Assembly (NCBI GenBank): GCA_944329205.1
Contig: CALVHY010000064.1
Coordinates: forward strand, 1-45,485
Origin: an uncultured Bacilli bacterium
GTDB taxonomy: Bacteria > Bacillota_I > Bacilli_A > RF39 > UBA660
DNA: 45,485 nucleotides
Direction: 5' to 3'
Shown: positions 38,958 through 45,485 of the stretch, piece by piece
How the letters are laid out: each line of letters opens with the position of its first letter
Position numbering within the stretch: the stretch's first letter is position 1
Program-made: the position numbers and the translations under genes
The notes under the pieces: generated by a model
What the model saw: the letters and a program-made list of their open reading frames with translations, nothing else
The model's database searches: none
What the model was told of the DNA's origin: nothing

Positions 38958-40892
38958 CATTTCCAACAATATATCTCTAAGTTCCATAGCTCTCTCAAAA
39001 TCCAAATTACGAGCTGCTTCTCTCATTTCATCTTCTAACGTTGCCAAAATATTTTCTTTTTCTTTCTTACTCATCTTTTTCTTCTTCGTTTTATCCTCAA
39101 TTTCATTTGAAACAACTTCTTTAATTTCTTTTGAAATAGTTTTAGGAACAATATGATGTTCTTTATTATATGCCTCTTGTATTTCCCGGCGCCGTGCCGT
39201 TTCCTTAATCGCTGCCTCCATAGCCTCACTCATCGTATCGGCATACATTATAACGTGGCCATTTTCATTTCTCGCACATCTCCCAATCGTTTGAATAAGA
39301 CTTCGTTCACTACGCAAAAATCCTTGTTTATCAGCATCTAAAATACATATTAAACTAACCTCCGGAATATCAAGCCCTTCTCGAAGCAAATTAATACCAA
39401 CGATACAATCATATACCCCAAGTCTTAACTCCCGAATAATTTTAAGTCGTTCCAAAGTTTTAATTTCACTATGTAAATAAGCTACTTTAATACCCATCTC
39501 TTTTAAATAATTGGTTAATTCTTCACTCATACGAATAGTTAAAGTTGTAATTAAAACGCGCTCCTTTTTTTCTTTTCGCTTTCTAATTTGGTCGATGATA
39601 TCATCAATTTGCCCTTCGGTTGACTTAACTATAATTGTTGGATCAAGTAAACCTGTAGGCCGAATAATTTGTTCGACGTATTCCCCATGGGTATGTTCTA
39701 GTTCATAATCTCCCGGTGTTGCTGAAACATATATAGCTTGATTAATTTTACTTTCAAATTCTTGAAAATTTAAAGGTCTATTATCAAGAGCGCTAGGAAG
39801 ACGAAACCCATAATCAACAAGTGTTTGCTTCCGCATTCTATCCCCATTATACATTCCTCGAACCTGTGGTAACGTCACATGGGACTCATCAACAATAAGT
39901 AAAAAATCTTTAGGGAAAAAATCAATTAAACAAGTAGGCGTCTCGCCCGGACCTCGTAAAGCAAGATGTCTTGAATAATTTTCCACCCCATTACAAAAGC
40001 CAGTTTCCCTAAGCATTTCAATATCATAATTAGTTCTTTCTCTAAGCCTTTGTTCTTCTAATAATTTACCTTCACTTTTAAGTACAGCCAGTCTTTCATC
40101 TAATTCGGCCTGAATCCTTTTAATAGCTTCCTCTAGTTTTTCCGGACTAGTTACGAAATGGGAAGCCGGGGAAATGGTAATTGTTTTTTTATTATTAACC
40201 ACAACACCCGTTACCGGATCAAAAGTGCTAATTCGCTCAATTTCATTTCCAAAAAGTTCAATTCGTATCCCATGGGCATGTTCATTAGCTGGAATCACAT
40301 CGATAATATCACCCCGACATCTAAAAGTACCCCGGTGAAAATCAATATCATTTCTCTCATAAGTCATATCAACTAGCTTGTTAATAATATCATTTCTCTT
40401 AATATTTTGACCAACATTTAAAACCAACATTGATTTTTCATATTCTTCTTTTTCGCCAATACCATATATACAAGACACACTAGCCACCACAATAACATCA
40501 CGGTAATTAATAAGAGCACTAGTAGCACTATGTCTTAGTTCATCTATTTCATCGTTAATAGAAGCATCTTTTTCAATATAAGTATCACTAGAAGGAACAT
40601 AAGCTTCCGGTTGATAATAATCATAATAAGAAACGAAATACTCCACATGATTATTAGGAAACAATTCTTTTAATTCTGCGTATAATTGACCGGCCAGTGT
40701 TTTATTATGAGCTAAAACTAGTGTTGGTTTATTAATCTCTTTAATAACATTAGCCACCGTAAATGTTTTACCCGTACCTGTAGCTCCGAGCAAAACCTGT
40801 TCCCTCTTACCATCTTTAATTCCTTTTACTAGTTTTTCTATCGCTTGTGGTTGATCCCCACTAGGCTTATATTTTGAAACTAATTGAAACAT
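38946..40892 (-). CDS. uvrB: Excinuclease ABC subunit B
   Basis: [30 protein letters not shown]-terminal UVR domain. Confidence 0.97.
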   Translation of the reverse strand: MFQLVSKYKPSGDQPQAIEKLVKGIKDGKREQVLLGATGTGKTFTVANVIKEINKPTLVLAHNKTLAGQLYAELKELFPNNHVEYFVSYYDYYQPEAYVPSSDTYIEKDASINDEIDELRHSATSALINYRDVIVVASVSCIYGIGEKEEYEKSMLVLNVGQNIKRNDIINKLVDMTYERNDIDFHRGTFRCRGDIIDVIPANEHAHGIRIELFGNEIERISTFDPVTGVVVNNKKTITISPASHFVTSPEKLEEAIKRIQAELDERLAVLKSEGKLLEEQRLRERTNYDIEMLRETGFCNGVENYSRHLALRGPGETPTCLIDFFPKDFLLIVDESHVTLPQVRGMYNGDRMRKQTLVDYGFRLPSALDNRPLNFQEFESKINQAIYVSATPGDYELEHTHGEYVEQIIRPTGLLDPTIIVKSTEGQIDDIIDQIRKRKEKKERVLITTLTIRMSEELTNYLKEMGIKVAYLHSEIKTLERLKIIRELRLGVYDCIVGINLLREGLDIPEVSLICILDADKQGFLRSERSLIQTIGRCARNENGHVIMYADTMSEAMEAAIKETARRREIQEAYNKEHHIVPKTISKEIKEVVSNEIEDKTKKKKMSKKEKENILATLEDEMREAARNLDFERAMELRDILLEMKSN

Positions 40893-40988
40893 TTATTGCC
40901 TCCCTTCTTCTTAATGCTATTTAAACAACCCTTTTAATTAAGCCTCTATATTCTATCATTTATTATATTAAAAAACAAGATAAATAAA

Positions 40989-41567
40989 CTATCTTGTCTG
41001 CTGTCTAAAACTATTTTGCCCAACTTCGTTATTTAAGACTAACTCTAAGGCATTTTCGACGATTCTTCCATCTAGTGTTACTCTTCCTGTTTCATATCGC
41101 CATTCATTTAACAAGTGAAAAAATAACTTTAAATATGGATACTTCAAAGCAAAGTCTTGCGCGTTTAATATGCCAAAATAATTAGAATAAGTTAAGCAAT
41201 TACCATTTAAAAAATCAAGCATTTCTTGTTTAGTCGCAAATTCAAACAAATTAGCAGCGTCTTTTTTCTCTAAAACGGCTATATAGATATAAACTTTCTT
41301 ATTAAAATGTTTTAAAACAGCTTGGCTTTTTTTCATACCAGGAAGTTTTCTTTTAACAACCTCGGTATGTTCTGGAATAACACAAGTAATTTTTTGACAA
41401 ACACAATCTATCCCTTCCATTTTATTTATCAAAAAAGAAATAGCCTCACCCAAATTTTCATTAAAATTAAACTGATTATAGTAGTTATACTGTTTGCGTA
41501 ATAATTCAAACTGTTGCTGTAATCGCTTTTTCTCATCCATCAGTTGCCTGTATTTATTATCCATCAA
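40989..41567 (-). CDS. Hypothetical protein with N-terminal coiled coil
   Basis: 192-aa ORF with RBS GGGAGG; no family recognised. Confidence 0.7.
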   Translation of the reverse strand: MMDNKYRQLMDEKKRLQQQFELLRKQYNYYNQFNFNENLGEAISFLINKMEGIDCVCQKITCVIPEHTEVVKRKLPGMKKSQAVLKHFNKKVYIYIAVLEKKDAANLFEFATKQEMLDFLNGNCLTYSNYFGILNAQDFALKYPYLKLFFHLLNEWRYETGRVTLDGRIVENALELVLNNEVGQNSFRQQTR

Positions 41568-41640
41568 CCATACCTCCCTAAAACATTATATCATATAAAT
41601 CATATATTTAATAAAATATTACAAAATAATATAAAAAAAG

Positions 41641-42069
41641 TTATTTTTTAAAAACAAATAACTTACTTATAACATAATTGCCCACAATTACCATTATTTG
41701 GGCCACAATACTCCATATTACTACCCAAATATTACTATCAAGCCCAAGTAAAGTAACAAAAAACCACATAACGACCATTTCTAAAACCAGAGTTGCCACT
41801 CTTCCCGCCAAAAAACCACTAATTTCTTTTAAGTATTTTTTAGACTTAGAATGAAAGACAAAAATACGATTAGCAAAATAAGCAAAAATAACGGCAACAA
41901 TCCACGATATAATAACCGCAGCTTGTAACTCCATGGCCACTGCAGCATCTAAAATGGTAAATAAAAGCCCATATTTAACTGCCAAGCTAATTAATGTCGT
42001 AAGTCCTCCCACAATTAAGTAATTAATAATTTCTTCATACTTATGATAAAAATCCCAAATTTTTTTCAC
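41641..42069 (-). CDS. GtrA-family membrane protein
   Basis: YLIVGGLTT, FAYFANRIFVF, NYVISKLFVF. Confidence 0.88.
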   Translation of the reverse strand: MKKIWDFYHKYEEIINYLIVGGLTTLISLAVKYGLLFTILDAAVAMELQAAVIISWIVAVIFAYFANRIFVFHSKSKKYLKEISGFLAGRVATLVLEMVVMWFFVTLLGLDSNIWVVIWSIVAQIMVIVGNYVISKLFVFKK

Positions 42070-42166
42070 CTAAATCACCTACCATAATTATACATAATTT
42101 GACTCTAAATTTAAAGTTATTCTTTCAAAAAAATTATTATTTGATATAATATTCATGGGTGTATTT

Positions 42167-44098
42167 ATGAAAAAAAAGCTAAACAACATATTTTATTTAA
42201 GTTTTCTAATAATCTATTTAGAGTTATTAACCAAAATATTTTTATTTAAAAGTTTAAATGGTCTTTTTTTAACCATAATTTTTAGTATACCTTTTATTAT
42301 TATTCTTTATTTAATAACTAACATATTCCAAAGAAAAGGCAATCTTATCACCACCTATTTTATTTGTCTTATCACTTGTTTTTATTACTGCTTTCAACTA
42401 ATATTTTCTAAACTATTTAGTGTAGTCTTTTCTTTTAACACTCTTAACTTAGCTAGCAACGCCCTAGATTTTAGCAATATTTTATTTGATATTATTATTA
42501 AAAACCTCGGTTTTATAATCCTTTATTTTATTCCTCTAATTGTTTTAATCATCACTCAAAAATACTTTGATTATAGAAGATTTAATTTAAAAAAGTTTAT
42601 AATCTCTCTATTTTCTCTAGTAATTATATGGATTATATCTTTATTATGTCTAAACATTAACAAAAATACTACTTACTCGGCTTACAATTTATATTACAAT
42701 ATTAATAATGAAGCTAAAACCGTTGAAACATTTGGGTTATTTACTTATACAAGACTTGATCTTAAAAGATTATTATTTGGTTTTGAAGCAAAGTTAAACG
42801 ACGATGAAAAGATCAATCAGCCAAGTACTCCTGAAGAAACGGAAGAAGAACTTCCAACTTATAATGAAATAGCCATTGATTTTGATGCCCTAATTGCTAG
42901 TGAATCAAACGAAACCATCAAAAGCATGCTTGAATATTTTAAAAATAGTGAAGCGACAAATAAAAATGAATATACTGGTATTTTTGAAGGTAAGAATTTA
43001 ATTTTTATTCTTGCCGAAGGATTTAACATGATCGCTGTTGATTCCGACCTAACACCAACCCTATATAAATTAAGTCATGAAGGTTTTGTTTTTAATAATT
43101 TTTACTCACCCGTATTCTTAAGTACAACTGGTGGTGAGTTTCAAGCGACAACCGGTCTTATTCCCACCCAATCGATTCTATCAGATTGGAAAAAATACCA
43201 ACCAACGATATCTTATGCTCTAGGCCATGCTTTTAGTAAACTTGGTTATACCGCAAATAGCTATCACAACTGGACATATACATACTATAGTAGACAAAAA
43301 ACCATGGCAACCCTAGGATTTACATCTTACATGGGTTGTGGTAATGGTCTCGAAGATTTAATGAATTGTAGTTGGCTTCCCAGTGATATAGATATGATTA
43401 ATGAAACCCTACCTTTATACCAAGATAACGAGCCCTTTGTAACTTACTATGTTACTGTATCCGGTCATGCTCCCTATGCTTATAATTCAACTGGCAATTC
43501 CATTGCTTTAAAAAATATTGACTATGTCAAAGACTTACCATACAAAAATAATGTCAAAGCCTATTTAGCAACGCAAATAGAATTAGATAAAGCTTTAGAA
43601 TCCTTAATCACTGGCTTAGAAAAAGAGGGTATTTTAGATGATACTGTAATAGCTTTAGTAGGAGATCACTATCCCTATACTTTAACGATTGATGAAGTAA
43701 ATGAACTTAGTGATTACAAACGTGATGAAGTAATTGAGGTAAATCGTAGTAATTTTATTCTTTGGAACAATACGCTTGAAACAGTTGAAGTAGACAAAGT
43801 TGGTAGCCAAATTGATGTCTTACCAACTCTGCTAAATTTATTTGGCGTAGAATATGATTCAAGATTAATTGTTGGTAAAGACATATTAAGTGATGCACCC
43901 GGTTTAGCCATATTCTCCAATCACAGTTGGGTAAGCGATTATGGAACTTATAACAGTGGTAATTTTACTTTAAAAGAAGGTATAACCTTAGAAGATGAGG
44001 AAGAATATATAACTAGCATCAATAGTATAGTAGCTAATCGTTTTACTTTAAGTGCTAATATCATAAAATATAATATGTATGAATATTTACTAAAATAA
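42167..44098 (+). CDS. LtaS-like (LTA synthase/sulfatase family) membrane protein
   Basis: Five N-terminal TM helices; KNLIFILAE, STTGGEF, TVSGH, GDHYPY, QIDVLPT. Confidence 0.85.
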   Translation: MKKKLNNIFYLSFLIIYLELLTKIFLFKSLNGLFLTIIFSIPFIIILYLITNIFQRKGNLITTYFICLITCFYYCFQLIFSKLFSVVFSFNTLNLASNALDFSNILFDIIIKNLGFIILYFIPLIVLIITQKYFDYRRFNLKKFIISLFSLVIIWIISLLCLNINKNTTYSAYNLYYNINNEAKTVETFGLFTYTRLDLKRLLFGFEAKLNDDEKINQPSTPEETEEELPTYNEIAIDFDALIASESNETIKSMLEYFKNSEATNKNEYTGIFEGKNLIFILAEGFNMIAVDSDLTPTLYKLSHEGFVFNNFYSPVFLSTTGGEFQATTGLIPTQSILSDWKKYQPTISYALGHAFSKLGYTANSYHNWTYTYYSRQKTMATLGFTSYMGCGNGLEDLMNCSWLPSDIDMINETLPLYQDNEPFVTYYVTVSGHAPYAYNSTGNSIALKNIDYVKDLPYKNNVKAYLATQIELDKALESLITGLEKEGILDDTVIALVGDHYPYTLTIDEVNELSDYKRDEVIEVNRSNFILWNNTLETVEVDKVGSQIDVLPTLLNLFGVEYDSRLIVGKDILSDAPGLAIFSNHSWVSDYGTYNSGNFTLKEGITLEDEEEYITSINSIVANRFTLSANIIKYNMYEYLLK

Positions 44099-44142
44099 AT
44101 GGTAAAAAGAGGGTAAATAAAAGCCAAATAAAAAAGTAAAAT

Positions 44143-44182
44143 AAAAATATGTACAACAGGTATTACTTATGTACATATTTTT
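44143..44182. repeat. 13-bp inverted repeat (terminator or operator)
   Basis: aaaaatatgtaca-N14-tgtacatattttt. Confidence 0.55.
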
Positions 44183-44346
44183 TCTTCGATCTCAATCTAA
44201 TATTATAAGTATTAACGATTTCGAAAAGTAATATCTAAAAAGAGGCTATAGCTTCTTTTTTTGTCAAATAATTAGAAGTTTTGACAAGTTTTGCTAGAAA
44301 GCATGAATTTTCTTAAAATATATGTTAAGATAAGCCTGGTGATAAT

Positions 44347-44448
44347 ATGAAAGAGGAAATTCTTATTGGTGATGTAATTAAAAGCGTTGATGAAATACTC
44401 CTTAATTTAGAAGTATACTACACTCTAAAAAACATTAATCGTCCCTAA
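44347..44448 (+). CDS. Putative 33-aa small protein (MKEEILIGDVIKSVDEILLNLEVYYTLKNINRP)
   Basis: GGTGA RBS (same ctggtgataa as before murT); hairpin immediately after the stop. Confidence 0.45.
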   Translation: MKEEILIGDVIKSVDEILLNLEVYYTLKNINRP

Positions 44449-44472
44449 GACATTAGCAAACTCGCTAATGTC
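44449..44472. terminator. Hairpin between the convergent small ORF and HTH gene
   Basis: gacattagc-aaactc-gctaatgtc. Confidence 0.65.
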
Positions 44473-44934
44473 TTATTTAAAATATATAACTTGATCAATC
44501 CTTCCCAAAAGATAATCAGCTGATATTTTATATTTAGCGCATAATTGATAAAGAAACGGTGTAGCAATCAAATATCTTCCTCGTTCATAATCAGCATAGG
44601 TACCTTTGCCAATATTAAGAATTAAAGCTATCTTTTCCTGAGTTAATCTATGCGTTTTTCTAAATTGTTTAAGATTTTGGGAAATTTTAACTTTATCAAT
44701 ATCTTTAGTTATTTTTTCATAACAAACATTATCAGTAAATCCAAAGACATAATCAAGAGAAACATGAAAATAATTACAAAATGTAATCAAATGTTTAATA
44801 GGCATTAATACGTACAAAGTCTCATAATGACTATATGTATATTTAGATATCCCTAATATATCCGCCACTTCTTTTTGCCGCAATCCTGATCTTAATCTTA
44901 CTTCTTTTAATTTTAAAATCATTTCCTTCACCAC
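44473..44934 (-). CDS. Tandem XRE-family helix-turn-helix regulator
   Basis: Two HTH units: LRQKEVADILGISKYTYSHYE...VSLDYVFG and LTQEKIALILNIGKGTYADYE...ISADYLLG. Confidence 0.85.
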   Translation of the reverse strand: MVKEMILKLKEVRLRSGLRQKEVADILGISKYTYSHYETLYVLMPIKHLITFCNYFHVSLDYVFGFTDNVCYEKITKDIDKVKISQNLKQFRKTHRLTQEKIALILNIGKGTYADYERGRYLIATPFLYQLCAKYKISADYLLGRIDQVIYFK

Positions 44935-44995
44935 AATAATTTTCTCATTAAATCAAAAATGAATAAATTCAAGTGCCAAAATACCGAGAATTTTG

Positions 44996-45024
44996 TTGAC
45001 TTTGTGTCTAGTTGATTATATAAT
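44996..45024 (+). promoter_or_regulatory. SigA promoter of the right-edge gene
   Basis: TTGACT-17bp-TATAAT. Confidence 0.65.
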
Positions 45025-45114
45025 TTAGATATAAGCTAGGAAACTAACCATATCATAGCTTATCTTAAATCAAAAATAAATGAAGCTAGGCTTCACTAAA
45101 GGAGTGTAAAGAAA

Positions 45115-45485
45115 ATGAGAATAGAGAAGTTAAAAAAAAGCTACTTAACAAGAAACATTATTATAGGAGTCATCGTAATAGCCATAATCACAACTCTAAT
45201 ACTAAACTTTACAAGAGCAAGATACAGAACTACACAGAGTATACCTCTAGTTAATGGGACTATCACATTTAATAATGCTGATTTAAATGTGATAGCCATG
45301 TATCAAGAGAGTGATGCTGGCACATATGAAGAGATAGATATTATGCCGTCAAGTGGATATGCAATCAATGAAGAAGAAAGTTATTGCAATGTAAATGGCG
45401 AAAAAGATGAAAATGCTATTTTATATACTAATACTTCTATTGAACACGTGATTGGCAACCTACAAAAAGGAAGTAAATGTTATTT
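45115..45485 (+). CDS. Paralog of the 7802-9124 exported protein, 3'-truncated by the window edge
   Basis: MRIEKLKKSYLTRNIIIGVIVIAIITTLILNFTRARYRTTQSIPLVNGTI...ESYC...QKGSKCY; RBS AAGGAG. Confidence 0.85.
   Translation, partial: MRIEKLKKSYLTRNIIIGVIVIAIITTLILNFTRARYRTTQSIPLVNGTITFNNADLNVIAMYQESDAGTYEEIDIMPSSGYAINEEESYCNVNGEKDENAILYTNTSIEHVIGNLQKGSKCY

Noticed and set aside
11490-43920. Remaining 60-99 aa ORFs antisense to long genes (e.g. 11490, 12207, 14352, 20215, 23627, 30270, 31580, 37613, 39153, 43714)
   Set aside because: Shadow ORFs inside well-supported genes.

Overview
AT-rich chromosomal window from a low-GC Firmicute (Bacilli-like, standard genetic code). 1-2000 looks like a decayed mobile-element region. 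It holds a 5'-truncated Fic gene, a Bro-N remnant and an ~830-bp cassette bounded by 31-bp direct repeats. The cassette carries a structured ~195-nt ncRNA with its own promoter and terminator, convergent with a PemK/MazF-like toxin gene that has no ATG/GTG/TTG start and no protein antitoxin; this is my best candidate for an undescribed system. Next come a ligase-less LigD (PE+POL), secG, a CDF transporter, pflBA, and a GC-rich exported protein with a DGR-target-like C-terminus (a paralog starts at the right edge). These are followed by an operon with a LexA-like box (radical SAM-HhH, DUF4130-like protein, divergent chaperonin) and cysS. An ~18-kb surface polysaccharide locus includes TupA-like ATP-grasp plus opine synthase genes, a Wzy-GT4-GT4 fusion and a viosamine-type pathway. 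The right part has glmS, murT with a degenerate gatD, a minimal SufC/SufB pair, uvrB, gtrA, an LtaS-like gene, a double-HTH regulator and two small ORFs missing from the ORF track. All calls come from motif recognition by eye; no searches were run.
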